DNA from: Lepidodermella squamata
Taxonomy: Eukaryota; Animalia; Gastrotricha
Length of the DNA stretch: 64,000 nucleotides
Direction: 5' to 3'
Assembly (NCBI GenBank): GCA_047495785.1
Contig: JBLDXI010000001.1
Span: 1,612,001-1,676,000 of the forward strand
Both the position numbers and the translations under genes were made by a program. Under the pieces are notes generated by a model. The model saw nothing but the letters and a program-made list of their open reading frames with translations. It did no database searches and was not told where the DNA came from. Below, one piece after another: positions 1 through 11,978 of the stretch (positions are counted from its first letter, which is position 1; each line of letters opens with the position of its first letter).

Positions 1-2448
1 GCTAGCTCATGATTCTTTCCTTGGCCAACAAGGTCGGTGGCACTGTTTTAATTTCGCTTATTTCTCATCTGCTCGTATTATTAATAGAACCAAGCGACAT
101 TGCATCTCTTCCAGACATTGATAACCACGGCATAATCAATGATGGTGATGGGGGTGTTGACTATGACCATGCTGAAAGGGCTCCCAGTAACTCGTTCGAT
201 GCCGATGATCATCTCATTGACCTTGGTATTTACTTTGTAAATGTCTTGTGTTGTTTATACATCGTAACTTTAGGAAATGGATCGGCTAATTTTGCTGAAG
301 ATCTGGACGCCATCCATTTTGACATGGTTGAGTTTTTTGCAGAGCACCTATCACTGCTGACTGGCATGTCAACGGGGTGCAGAATTTTTCAGTCTTACTG
401 TCGAAATTTCGGCGTTGATTCTGGATTTGTGAGCGATTTGCGCAAGATTCTGCGACGTGATGGCATCATCGTACCTGACTGTGCCGAGGAAGCTCGTCGA
501 ATCGGCCGTTTGCTAAATTCGGAAGTGTTAACTCACTGCATCGAATGCAGCTGCGCAGCTGATGGTGACATTTGTCGAAATGGCGATTGCTGCTATCGGG
601 GCGAAGATCACGCGAACAATTCGAAGAAAATTCGGATTGTTTACTGTCACGTCTCCCATCAATTGGGCATGGTCATTCGTCGAAATCGTCATCTTTTCGA
701 CGAAAAAGATCAATCAATCTCAATCAATCTCAACACAGATGGGGCACCTCTGGCGCGTAAGAATCGCCTGGCAGTTTGGCCTGTTCTTGCCACAATCAAT
801 ACAATTCCTACGCCGGCCCGCTTCAAGAAGCGTAACATGCTATTGCTCGGATTTTGGTCTGCAGTGAGAAAGCCGAAGGACGAGGTTGAATGGCGATTCT
901 ACCTGGAGCCAATCTTGAAGGCGATTCGGTCTACCTATGTTTTGCGAATCGAAGAAGAGGTCACGGTCACTGTTAGGATGAACATCAATGTTATAATTGG
1001 CGATCTTCCTGCATTGGCCGCGATTCTCAATTTCATTGCACACAACGGGCACTGGGGCTGCTTATTCTGCTATCAAAAAGGCGAGAAACTTACCGAGGCT
1101 GAGCTGAAAAAGGTACTAGTTCGCAAGTATCTTGCTGTGCCAGCCGAGCAAAGGACAGCGGAGTCGTTTGCGGAAGATCGGCGGTTACGCCGCCATGGAT
1201 GCAAAGGAGATTGCTGTTTCGACGATGATGAGGATGTTGTTCTTCCAAATCAAGTCGGCATTGATTACGTTCATCAATCTATCGAGGTTAGTTTTTTCGC
1301 CTATTTCTTTATTAATTTCTTAATAATTTTAATTCCAGGGTGTTTACAAAAATTTCATCGTCCGCTGGCTTCCTCCAAACCCTATGTTAGGACTCGAAAG
1401 CCGCACCGTACTCGAAGATTCCATTGCTAGAATGCAACTGCCCGTTTGTATGGAGTCTCTGCGTCTGCCCCTGTTGAGTCATTTCGACAGTTCGTATCGT
1501 GCGAAGCATACGAAGGTGCTAGTTCTTATCCTCGGTCCGCCCGCTTTGTACCGACTACTCTCTGACGCAGTCTACTTCCATTACATCAGCTACACTCTCG
1601 CCATTCGACTGTTGCTGAGTCCAGCACTGCCTGATACTTTCGAAGAGCGCGGCGAATACGCCGATCTTGCCTATCGCCTCTTACGACTGTACCAGAGAGA
1701 GCTAGGGAGTCTTTACGGCCGAGACAGCGAAGTCCAAAATCCTCACCTCGCCATGCACTTACCGGATCGCGCGCAGCTATTTGGTCGACTCTCGGAATTT
1801 TCCACTTTCACATTTGAAGGAATGATCGCCCATTTGAAAAAGTGCTATCATGGGACACGCTATCAAATCGAGCAAATGGCCCGCTTTGCCGGGTTGAAAA
1901 TGTTGCTTGAAGAAAAGCCTCTTCCTTCGAATTCAAAGCTGTCGACAGCTAAAATTCCTCGCGAGATCCGCAAGCTGCTCGAAAACAACCCGGGCGGCGA
2001 ATTCTATTCAAAAATAACTTTCAAATCGAACGTAATTTCCGCCCGTCTTCGATCGCGTGGTGCGAAACCGAAGTTACCCCGGTCCTACGCCCTCCGAGCT
2101 CACAATCGGCGCATATACGACGTCCATTGCTTCTATCAAGAAGCAAACGGCGGGTCTTTATTGGCTATCGTGCGGGAGATCCCAATAATTGTTGAAGACT
2201 ATTTGTTTTCAATCGTTCGCGCCGCTGCATTGTCTCCTTGGGCTTCGGAGCTGGTGAAGCAGCTGTACAGCTGTTGCTGCGATGACATCATGAGATCTGA
2301 AACTCAAAAATTCAGCTCAGTTGACTCGAATATTCAAACTCCTTTCGTATGCTTGAACATCGGTGCTGTGATCTGCCCGGTCGCCATCATTAACACGAAG
2401 AATTCCTCCATTGCTGTTGACATCGAGCTGGACGACGAAATTTTCTAG
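1..2448 (+). CDS. CACTA/EnSpm-type (Transposase_21-like) transposase, 5'-partial; exons <1-32, 88-225, 274-1286, 1339-2448
   Basis: Motifs LNTDGAPL..WPV, IIGDLPA..NFIAHNGHWGCLFC, GIDYVHQSIE|GVYK (joined across the GT-AG intron 1287-1338) and HLAMHLP..LFGRLSEFSTFTFEG. Splice phases are consistent. Confidence 0.85.
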
Positions 2449-3368
2449 CCTGGTTTGTTTAAAAATATCTGAATTTCCTTTTTCCACGTCGAAATATGTG
2501 CCAAAAAATTTCGCCACGAGCGCTAATTAAAATTTCAACAAGCCCCGCGCTGAAGTTAACGCATTTCATCGTTTTTGTTTTATTTTTTGAGGCGGAGAAA
2601 AATCCTTAAATAGCTGTGAAAAATCCCTCGTATGTTTCACGGTTTTAATCGCAAAAAATCATATTCAATTCCAATAAATTTGTTCTTAACAAGTGAAATT
2701 TCCCGAAATTTTTGAAAAATTCGAAAAATTCTTTGCGTTTTTGCTGTCTTTTATATTTTACGTTTTCGAACCGACTTAACGCCTTACCCATGGCTGCTAT
2801 AAGGGATTCTGCTTTTTTTAGCCGCTGGTCTACCGTCGAAAAAATACGATGATTAATTTTGCATTATAATATTGTTATAATGCATGATATCTTGGAAAAT
2901 GGCCTCGATTATATTTTTATCATTTTTTTCAGGTTGTCGGCCGATTGTAACAGGACGTTCGAAAATACAATTGATTAACATTCATCTGATTTTCTCTTAT
3001 CTGGTGGCGCAATAAAGATATAACTTTTTATTATGTTTTGTTTTTAATTAAACCGCGCGCGCTATTCACCTGAGTAGTTTTTCGCGCGCGCCCGCGCGCG
3101 CGCACTCTGCAGGGGCGCCGCCTATAATAACAGCTGTTGGACTCTCTTGTTCACGCTTTGTGACTTCACGCACGGTTCGGCTCGCAATGTCCGCGGTTTC
3201 TTTTCCGTAGTTTGCGCAGTTTTCTTAGAGGTATATCTATGCGCGCGATCTATTTTTGCGCGCCAAATCGCTGATTGGCCCGCCTAACGTATAAGAAGGA
3301 GTATGTTGGTAAGTTTAAATCATTCTTGCTCTCAGCTCGAATTTATTTCTCTGACATTGCTGATCATA

Positions 3369-4986
3369 ATGAAACATTTTCTCATTTTGTGGACCAAAGA
3401 TCGCACGCTCAGCATTATGCGGTCTGGTGACAACATGTTGCGAGGCTTTACAGCTGAGCAACTGGTTGTAGGCGGGCGTCTTCGCATCAACTGGCGAGAC
3501 GCCGGCAACTTGTACGACGCCGAAATCGCCGCCATCGGCTCCGAGGCCGAAATTCAAGTCGCGCACGACGCCATCCTTCGCATGAACGCACAGCCGCCGA
3601 CCAAGTCGAAGAAAGCGAAGCGCTCCGTGGTCATCAGCAGCGACACTGAGGACGACGATGTGCCTCTGCGACCATCTCGTTCTCCGTCTCCATCGCCGTC
3701 TCCATCTCCTTCACCTACACCGTCGAAGTCGGTTCCGGCCGACCTTGTTCGGATGCCGCCTCCGAAGCCCATGCAGCTGGGCCGAAAAGCAGCCACGTCG
3801 TCTCAGCAAGTCCGCCAGTCCGCCAGTCAGCCAGTCCGCCAGCTCTCGAGCGAGCCGCCGCGTCCGCGGTCTCAGCACGCCTCAGCTACGCCGACGTCGT
3901 CACCTGCCTCTTTTCGCCAGCTATTGAGCGAGCCGCTTCAACACGCGTCAACTACGCCGTCGTCGTCGTCGTCTGCACGCCCGCCATCATCATCCACTAT
4001 CGAAGAGACGCCATCGTCGCGCCCTGCTTCTACGCCAGCCGACAGCGGGTCGACTTCATCAGATGGCCGCGACTCAAGAGTAGGTCATTTTATTTGTTAT
4101 TCGGCTTATTTTCTTTCGGTTTTCGACTGCGAAAAAATCTTTCAAAAATTGAATAATTGCTTTTCCGTAGCTGAATTTTGTTAAAAATTATTGAGCTTTG
4201 CTTATTCCAAAATTGAATTTTAGGTGTTTTTTTGTTGGAATTCGTTGACTTTTTTAGTCAAATAATTTCAAACATTACGTTTAAAAATAATTGAATTCAA
4301 AATCCTCATTCTCAACTGTAAACCCTTTGCTCATTCTAAAATTTAATGTTTTAAGGTGGTTTTTTCGATGAAATTCTTTGACTTTTTTCTCTGTTATTAT
4401 AGCTCGAGACACTGATGGTCGAGCTGCGCCGGTTCCTTCGAGCCCAGCAAGGCGCTGCGAATTCGAACAACAACACCGGGCGCTTCATCTATGGCGATGT
4501 GGATCTTGCCATGCTTGGCGGCGTGCTGCACGGCCACACGAAGTGGGCCATCGAGGCGGCGATAGTAATTTTCGGAGCCGATGCCCTCGTCAGTTCGATA
4601 ATCGAGCCGAGAAGTACCCGCAGCCCGCGTCAGCCGATCACCGAGCGTACCCATGGTGACCAGTTGCGTTTGCTTAAGAGTACGTGATTTAATTGATCTA
4701 GTTTTTCGTTGCTCAACCATCGTTCTAATCATTTTTTTTATCTCATTAACTGTTTCTTTTTCTGTTTTTAGAAGCTCTCTACGGTCTATTCGGGGCCGAC
4801 AACGCGGCCTTGAAGTGGGCCCAGGTTCGGGACGCGGTAAACCAATGGGGCAACGACGAGGCCTCCCGGCGTGCTGGCCGCAAAGGCCGTCGCAGCAGTC
4901 AGCCGTCAACGTCTGACCTCGGCGCTCGAATTCGCGACATCGAAGAAGAAGAAGACAAGGAAAACAACGGCAGCAACGGCAACTGA
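3369..4986 (+). CDS. Transposon accessory protein: N-terminal Tudor/PWWP-like segment, Ser/Pro-rich linker, C-terminal BEN domain; exons 3369-4079, 4403-4679, 4772-4986
   Basis: GT-AG junctions are in phase (0 and 1). The spliced C-terminus WAIEAAIVIFGADALVSS..RQPI..QLRLLKKALYGLFG..KWAQVRDAVNQWG fits the BEN pattern. CCAAT (ATTGG) and TATAAG motifs lie at ~3274-3295. Confidence 0.7.
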
Positions 4987-5889
4987 GTTATATATTTTTT
5001 GTGTTAATTTGCGCTCAAAGCATAATTCAGGGTTCTAAATCTGGTTCAAAATTTCATAAAACCGTTTTTAGCTTATTCGTCACATTCGAGCATTGCTAGG
5101 GTTTTTTTGGGGCTTAGGAATTTCCTCAAATCATAATTTTAGCTTCATCAAATTCGATCCTGTCTGGTGTTTAGGGTGTTCAATAGGTTCTAAAATCGTA
5201 ATTTTTTCGTAATTTCGATTCAAATTAGATTGATTTGTTCTCGGTTTGTTTCTAGCTTTGGTGGACGAAAGGGGGTACAAAATTTTTCAAAATCCAATAG
5301 TTCGTGGTATTTTTAACTTCATCCGATTCCAAATCCTGTCTTGGTTTTTACATCTCACCATTATAGCTGGTGCTGAAAATTCTAGGAGCTAGTTTGCAGT
5401 GTTTGCCTAATTATTTTTTAGTTTTTTCTGGTTTTTAGTTTAAATATGCTTCCAAATATTTTAATATTGATTCGAAAATCATTTGTTCTCAACTCTTCAA
5501 ATTATATTATTGTGCTGTCTACTCGCGCAATAAATGTGTTTGTCTGCCCTGAAAATTTTCTATAATTATGTTATGCCTGTTATCTTGCCTTTTTATATCT
5601 ATTGCGTAATATGCTTTATAGCTCTCGGCTTGTTTGTCTGTTATACCTTCTGTCTTGTCCTTTTCTATATGTGTTTTTTAATATGCTTCATATGCTTTTG
5701 TACTTCGGTTCCTGCGTGATTTTGTATTTACGATATAAAATATTATAGTCGATTTGTCGTCATTTCCTGTGGCAAATAAAAGCGCAGTTGTCAGCTATGA
5801 ATTCGCTTGTTTCATCGAACGGTTTTATTGCAGCAATAAGGTCCCAGTTATAAAGAACAAAGACGTAGATAAAAGCAGCTGAGAAACTC

Positions 5890-6080
5890 ATCCAAGATAT
5901 TAATTTAGACGGCGAACATAAGTTAAGACCAACCAAGATCAGCCAAGATCATTGAAGGCGACCTAAGCTAAGATCTTCTAAGATTTTGCAAGATCGTGCA
6001 GGAACTTAGCTGATCTTGCTTGATCATTAAAGATAATTGCTGATCATCGCAGCTGCAGCGAAGAATCTTGCTAAGACCAA
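5890..6080. repeat. Subterminal AAGATC-type short repeats of the CACTA element
   Basis: Many AAGATC, TGATC and AAGACC copies in both orientations just inside the terminus. Confidence 0.6.
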
Positions 6081-6233
6081 TTCTCCTGGGATCATTCAGT
6101 GCTGCGTTTTTTTTGCCTGGTGCACGACTCGTGAACAGGCGCAATTAAAATGCTATATTTAGGCTCATATTATTTGACGGACACACTGTACATCAGATTT
6201 CGTCTCATGCTATGAAATGAATCTCTCTAACAG

Positions 6234-6760
6234 TCTCCGGATGTCTCCTCAAAGAAAGCAATTATAGATCTGTTTGATCAAGCTATTGCTGTCGCGAAAC
6301 CAATCGCTGATAAATATCAAAACATGGGTTGTCTTTCGTTCCTGAACTCAAGGCGAAGCAGCTTTGCTATTCTCGCCGCTGATTTTGGTATTTTCGCATG
6401 TACTACTAAAAAAACATGTGCGGATCTCCAAATTATTACCGTTCCGAAAGACGTCTGCGCATCTGAAATTGATGTGGATATTCTCGAAATATTAAAGCCA
6501 CTTAAAAATGTGAGTTTTGTTTTCTTACCAATATTCAATATTTTTCTAGCGATTTTCCCGAAAATTATCAGCTCAAAGTCGCGAAATGCTGCTCTTCCGA
6601 TTTGTGCAATGTCGCCGCAGCATTCAATCAGACGGTTCCTTCCAATGACACGCTGGGAATGAAACGTATTAGCGCTGCGAATGGCGTTCCGATATTCGTC
6701 CCAATAATATCACTCGCAGCCTCCTCTGCCTTGATCATGAACTTCACCCCAAATCTGTAA
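6234..6760 (+). CDS. Ly6/uPAR-like (helical-insert) gene X, exons 2-3 only (6234-6509, 6572-6760), probable GPI tail; exon 1 absent from the window
   Basis: Exon 2 SPDVSSKKAIIDLFDQAIA.. aligns with exon 2 of the gene at 10681. Exon 3 reads LKVAKCCSSDLCN..., then a hydrophobic C-terminus. Confidence 0.7.
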
Positions 6761-7206
6761 CGTCACTCGCCTTTCAAAAGGCGCAACTTGTAGGGCCGAT
6801 AAATTGCCGATAAAAAGCATGCAAAATGAAGGTCGAAAGCAATAAACATTGTCAATTGTTTTTTCCCTCGCAAATGTATAGTAACCACTATGTCCTATCA
6901 TCCTATCATCCTATCCTATCGGTTACGGAGAAATTCCAATGTCAAGTTGGTCACGTGACCTTAACTGACGTCACACCTGAGCGGTTTAATCTGGAGAGTG
7001 GTGACAGCTAGGAAGCGGCTTTCAAAGGAAAATTTCATCAGCATGAGTTTCAGGAAAGTTTACCGACGAATACACTCTTATAACAAATTCACGGTCAGAA
7101 AATGCGCCGCGAATTTTATTCACGAATTTAAGCGGTGGATATTCTGTGAGTACTATTGCGCTGAAGCATTTTGCAGTTAACAGTTTATTGTTTATTCGAA
7201 ATTTAT

Positions 7207-8769
7207 TCACATTTGGTCATATTCTTGCGTGATCTTCTGACAAGTCGCAAATACCTGCTTAACATCGTCCGTAGACAAAGTCGAGTTGTACACGGAAAGG
7301 CAGGCAATTGAGTTGCTTGGAGAAAACTGCAATTCGCCCTGATTCAAAGCCAACCCGGTTGAAACTTGGCTAACCTTAACCGTATATGGGAAATCTTTTG
7401 GGATAGGATGATTTTCGACCAAGTGATTGCCGTTGCTATCGAAAATGTTGATTGCCTGCAGCTGTTCGTCGAATTGAATAGCCACTGATAGCAAGCTCCA
7501 ACCATTCTGAACCATTATAGGAAAATCGCCAATAACGCTTTTATCGTTCTTGCTCTTGCTGCTTTCAATGCGAAGCAAGTTAGGCTGAATGAAGGAGAGG
7601 TAAACCGATTGGTAGAAAAGCTCAAAGTTGAAATAAGTCACAATGCTGCTGTTTTGCGAACCGTAAAAAGCGAAATTTGTTGTGTATTTCGTTCCAAGTG
7701 CTGAATCATATGAACCAAAGTCTGTCCAGGCGTTGAAAAGACCGCCCGCCGATGTTATTGATGTCTTAGTCACACCGAAGGGGCCTGTTATTTTTGATAC
7801 TTTGCCGTCATTACCCATGTATCCTCTTCTAGCGCTGCCCTGAGCTTGGCTGTTGTAGCCGAAGGCAGCGTCGAGAGGCCAGGAGGCAATTAAGGTGTCC
7901 TGTCGAGGCATCTGAGCTACCTGCACGTTGCTGCCAACCGTGAATGCTTGACATCCATCGAAAAATTGCTTGGCCTGTTCACCAGTTAGACTTGCGTTGT
8001 AAATACCCAAGCATGCCATGGAGCCTGTTGCAACAGGAAAACCTTGAATGTAGATAGAGTTGCACCAACCCCACGGGTTCCAATCCCCACAAAGCCAGTT
8101 ACCCATGGTGACTTGCTGGGTTGAACTCAAGGAACTGGCTAGTTGAGGTGCCGAGACCGGACCACCGATAAGGCTGCCATTGCGGTCGTAGACAGAAAAA
8201 GCCTTACCGTCATAAGCGACAGTGACAAAAGCCCATTTCATTGGCTGAAATATGCCAAATTTAGCCAGCATCACGAATCCATTAGTTCTAGAATATGTAG
8301 CAATAGTGAGGTTATTGGGATATTCGTAGCTGATCCAAATTCCAGTGTAGTCACCAACAGGCATGTTTATGTAGACCAAATTTGCCGTGACACCAGTGTT
8401 GCTGTCGTATTTGAAGGCGAAAGAAGCTGTAAACGAGTTGTTTGTCTGAAAAACAGGAACCTCCGACATGCCATCGCCGATTGATAACAGAGGGGTTTTC
8501 GTTCCGTCCACATTTGTCGGTAACATTAGCGAAAAAGAAGTGTTTGGCTGGCCGAAAGGGCCCAGTTGTGGGTTCGCCTTGCTGTATGCGCACGATGGCG
8601 TGACTCTGTTGTTTCCGCCAAAATCAACACAATCATGCTTCAGCGTCAATGGCCAGAAGCCGTACAAGTTTGCCATCAGTGGCAAATTCGGGCGATCGGC
8701 TGCTTCACATGGTGAACAGGCGAGGAAACCGATAGCAACGCAGGCTGCGAGAAAGTAAAAACCAGCCAT
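7207..8769 (-). CDS. Intronless secreted protein with two LamG/ConA-like (pentraxin-like) domains
   Basis: Signal peptide MAGFYFLAACVAIGFLACSPCEA. Two repeats of L..WPL..GPFG..FT..F..W..V.V..D..S.ACL..YN..L....KQ.F..CQ. Confidence 0.8.
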   Translation of the reverse strand: MAGFYFLAACVAIGFLACSPCEAADRPNLPLMANLYGFWPLTLKHDCVDFGGNNRVTPSCAYSKANPQLGPFGQPNTSFSLMLPTNVDGTKTPLLSIGDGMSEVPVFQTNNSFTASFAFKYDSNTGVTANLVYINMPVGDYTGIWISYEYPNNLTIATYSRTNGFVMLAKFGIFQPMKWAFVTVAYDGKAFSVYDRNGSLIGGPVSAPQLASSLSSTQQVTMGNWLCGDWNPWGWCNSIYIQGFPVATGSMACLGIYNASLTGEQAKQFFDGCQAFTVGSNVQVAQMPRQDTLIASWPLDAAFGYNSQAQGSARRGYMGNDGKVSKITGPFGVTKTSITSAGGLFNAWTDFGSYDSALGTKYTTNFAFYGSQNSSIVTYFNFELFYQSVYLSFIQPNLLRIESSKSKNDKSVIGDFPIMVQNGWSLLSVAIQFDEQLQAINIFDSNGNHLVENHPIPKDFPYTVKVSQVSTGLALNQGELQFSPSNSIACLSVYNSTLSTDDVKQVFATCQKITQEYDQM

Positions 8770-8864
8770 TATTAATAAATAGGTGAGAGAGCAATTGTTA
8801 TTGCTGAGTTGGGTATTTATAGGCATTTTATCTCCCGACGCTTTATCTTAATTACTCTACTTAG

Positions 8865-8923
8865 TAAGTACTTAAGAGTCCGTTATTTAAACTCGACTTT
8901 AATAACGGACCCTTAAGTACTTA
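8865..8923. repeat. 59-bp near-perfect inverted repeat (hairpin)
   Basis: TAAGTACTTAAGAGTCCGTTATTTAAA-ctcgac-TTTAATAACGGACCCTTAAGTACTTA, with one mismatch and one bulge. Confidence 0.85.
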
Positions 8924-9189
8924 ATGCACGGGGTCGCAGTGTGAGAGTAGGGTGAGAAATAACTCGTTTTAACAAGTCCAGGTGATACCAAAATGTGGGT
9001 TAATTAGGTGACCCTCCATACCAGCGCAAAGGCCAATAACTGAACCGCCAAAGTAGCCCCTCTTTAAATTCTTCTGACCTCACAAATCATAGAACAAAAA
9101 AGTCTCTGAAGTATTCGCTTTTCATGTTTTTATGACAAAAAATGACAAAATGATTTCCACGATATTCGGAATGACGAAGCAACGGCGCT

Positions 9190-9920
9190 ACTTGGTGACC
9201 TTCTCGTCTTGCTTGGGCGTGCATACAGGGGAGAACTTGGATATGAAAAGCGGAAGTTCTTGTTCAACTGGAGTAGGCCAACGCCGTTTTCGTATGTGCC
9301 GCCTTGAGTAACACTCGAGGTTAATTCTAGGGATTAAAAGACTCGTTTACTCTTGTATTTGCCGTGGACGACCATGGGGGCCTCAATAGTCAATAGTGAA
9401 TGGAGTAACAGCGCCTTCGTCGGTGCGACCGCTGTACATTTTGTTGGCGAAGACCTTGATGAGGCGGATGTTTCGGTTCTTGAAGCACTGCGCACTGGCG
9501 GCGATGTAGCGTTGCCGATGATGGCTCCGCTGCAGACTTGCCTCGACGTTCGATGTTCGTAGCTTGAAGTTCGTTATGAGCCGAGGAAACACAGCGGAAT
9601 CTGCAAAAACCAGATTTCAACAAAAGAGGATGAACATTTTGAAAGAATTTTACCGTTTTCTTGACCACCAACCAGGCGAACGGCATCAGTCTCGCTTGCA
9701 CTCTCAGACTCGACATGTTGATCGGCTGCGGCAACTTCCTCTTCGCCTCCAGTGATTACACAGCGCTCGCGGACGAGGTATTAGCGTTATCAGCAGCCTC
9801 GGTTTTATCAGCTTCAGCGTTATCAAAATGCCCATTCAGTTATTTCCATACGAACTGTGTCTTCAGCATGGCCTTGCAGCGGCGGCCGCATTGATACTTG
9901 GCGTAGTCCTTGATACCCGC
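9190..9920 (-). pseudogene. Degenerate trypsin-like (S1) serine protease homolog
   Basis: Minus-strand pieces in different frames: YQCGRR, ITGGEEE, MPFAWLVV, CSGAIIG/RYIAASAQCF (cf. CGGxII..W.LTAAHC), MVVHGKY..GTYENGVGLLQL and FSPVCTP. Frameshifts and intron remnants (9602-9653) are present. Confidence 0.55.
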
Positions 9921-10680
9921 AAGCGTTCGGAATCAGCAACAGATTCAGGGGCGATGAAAAGCCGCTAGATTCATTGTCGATCTTAGTAGCATCTGTTTCC
10001 TCGGCTTAAAGAATAGAAAAAAAAAATAAAATCGGTTCGACTTCAGATTCACGCTAACCTAAAGCTTTCTATGCCTGCTAAACCGTGGTGTTTATTTTTA
10101 AAATGAATGGAATAATATCAGTTTGGTGGCTTAATGATGAAAGTATTATCGTGAAACGCTGAATTTCAGCAAAGGAGTCGCAGCTGAACTCGGACGAGTC
10201 GTAGCTGATTGCTGATTTGAATGCGTAATTCAATCAGGGCTTGTGACGTGGCTCATGCTCTAGCCAGGAATCCGAATTAAACTTATTTTGTTTGTTTATT
10301 TAGTAAATTTACAAGGAATCGAGAGACTTTGAATTCGTTATTATTAATGTTGGTCATTTTATTTCATTTCCAGTCGATCCAATTACTCCACAAACAACTT
10401 ATTGCTAGATAGAAACCTACAGCGGCTAAAGACTTAAGTTTCCCTTTCTTGTGAAGCGTGACGGAGCGGAAAAATGGAAATGAAACGAGACAGTCTTTCC
10501 AGTCTTCCATCATGTTCCCAAACTTCCAAGCCATTAAAAGAGCAGACAATTGTTACCAGGAAATGCGAGTTCAGACTAGTTTTATGTCCATTTTATGCTT
10601 ACGATTTTATAAGTCTGTTGAAAAAACGGCTCTTCTGCATTTCAATATATTGGGGTTTCAATATTAGGTACCACGAAAAA

Positions 10681-11508
10681 ATGTTGAGGCTGATTTTCAC
10701 TTTTGCCACTGCCTGGTTGTTTTTACATGAATGCAAGGTTTCAGCCTTGGAATGCGCCGCCTGCCCTCAACACCCTGACATTTCAAGAACGACTTGCAAG
10801 CGAGAAGAAACATTACCTATCACATGCAACCTTGGTTTGCAAAGCAGATGTGTGGTTTGTCTTTACATTTTTAAGGCGGGCGTTCTCTTATGATTTGAAT
10901 ATTACAGTCTTCAGACAGGAGTGCTAAATTGACCGCTATCGAACTCTATGATCGAGCCATCGCCGCCGCTATCCCTATCTCCACCCGGCTGGGGAATACT
11001 GATGGCTGTGTCCCCTCTCTACAAGCGTATCGGGATACCATGAAGAGCATGATAGCACCGGCGGGTTCGGCTTATTTTGGATGTGGAACGCCTCGGCATT
11101 GCAGCAGCTCAATGCCAGAATATTTTTTCTTTAACAGAGATGCCTGTCCATACAAAAGTTACAAATCAATTTTGAGAATACTGCGGCCGTTAGCAGACGT
11201 AAGTGATTCATTTTCTGTGTTTTTTTCAAGTTTGATGAAATTCGTTTTGCTAGCTAAAATTTGAGAAATGCTGCTCAACAAACATGTGCAACAGCGGTTT
11301 GGAGGTTTCTGGGCGCAAAACGGCTGATTCTCGTAAAATTTCGGACGAAATGACGCTGGAATCGTCGGAGGAAATGTCACCGGGGGAGGAGGATTACGAG
11401 GAAGATGGAAAAGAAGAGGCTGCCCAGGAAAATTCAGCTGGGAAGGCAGTCTGCTTCATCTCAGCAATTTCAAGCAGTCTTTTCTCGGCACTGCTTTTGA
11501 TTCTATAG
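10681..11508 (+). CDS. Ly6/uPAR-like (helical-insert) gene Y, GPI-type; exons 10681-10854, 10908-11198, 11254-11508
   Basis: Signal peptide, LECAAC...CCSTNMCN, an acidic stalk and a hydrophobic C-terminus. Both introns are phase 0. Confidence 0.8.
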
Positions 11509-11944
11509 CGGTATAATAGATACAGAATAACTGATGGATAACTTTCTTTGACGAGAGAGATGGAATAAATTTATTAACTATCGAACACATTTTTAACTGG
11601 CGAACAAGGTGCATACAGTATTTGTTCCTATAGCATCCCGGGATACTAAAATTTCAACCTCGAAATGTTGATAAGTTTGACAACATGTTTGGCGTTCATT
11701 TATGATGTTTTTGAACCGACTTGGCCTCTCAACCTGGGCAAATATTGAAAACATACGCGGTAATGCTAAGAAAATTTATTTCCAAGAATTAAACACCTTA
11801 ACTGCTCATCATCAGTTGCGTTGATTTGGCGGTACTTCTGTTATAAAATAAAGAGCACTAGTAGGGGAGATGTAAAAACTGGTCACGAGATCAAGAAAAC
11901 AAAAACTATATTGATGAATCAGTTCGGCGCAGATACGCACTTTA

Positions 11945-11978
11945 ATGAATGAGCAGCACGCGATTCGTTCCACGCGAT
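11945..11978 (+). promoter_or_regulatory. Conserved upstream block of LU genes A/B/C (also at ~14053 and ~16341)
   Basis: ATGAATGAG(A/C)AGCACGCGATTCG(T/A)TCCACG(C/T)GAT lies 60-140 bp upstream of each ATG. Confidence 0.5.

Larger units (their letters stand above)
1..6122 (+). mobile_element. CACTA/EnSpm (CMC superfamily) DNA transposon, right portion; left end lies outside the window
   Basis: Contains a Transposase_21-like gene and a BEN-domain accessory gene. AAGATC/GATCTT-type subterminal repeats are dense at ~5890-6080. The element ends ...TTTTTTTTGCCTGGTG (reverse complement CACCAGGCAAAAAAAA), and host-gene sequence resumes after it. Confidence 0.75.

Noticed and set aside
9-1430. 473-aa ORF as a complete standalone protein
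   Set aside because: It reads through introns (33-87, 226-273, 1287 onward). The real product is the spliced transposase continuing to 2448.
5534-5719. Hydrophobic 61-aa ORF resembling a membrane peptide
   Set aside because: By-product of T-rich subterminal transposon sequence.
5890-6080. Short repeats as a possible CRISPR-like array
   Set aside because: No constant repeat/spacer periodicity, and the context is eukaryotic. They are better explained as transposon subterminal repeats.
10231-10246. CAATCAGGGC..GTGA motif recurring at 10231, 17246 and 31421
   Set aside because: The contexts are unrelated (intergenic, MITE, MCTP exon), so this is probably chance.
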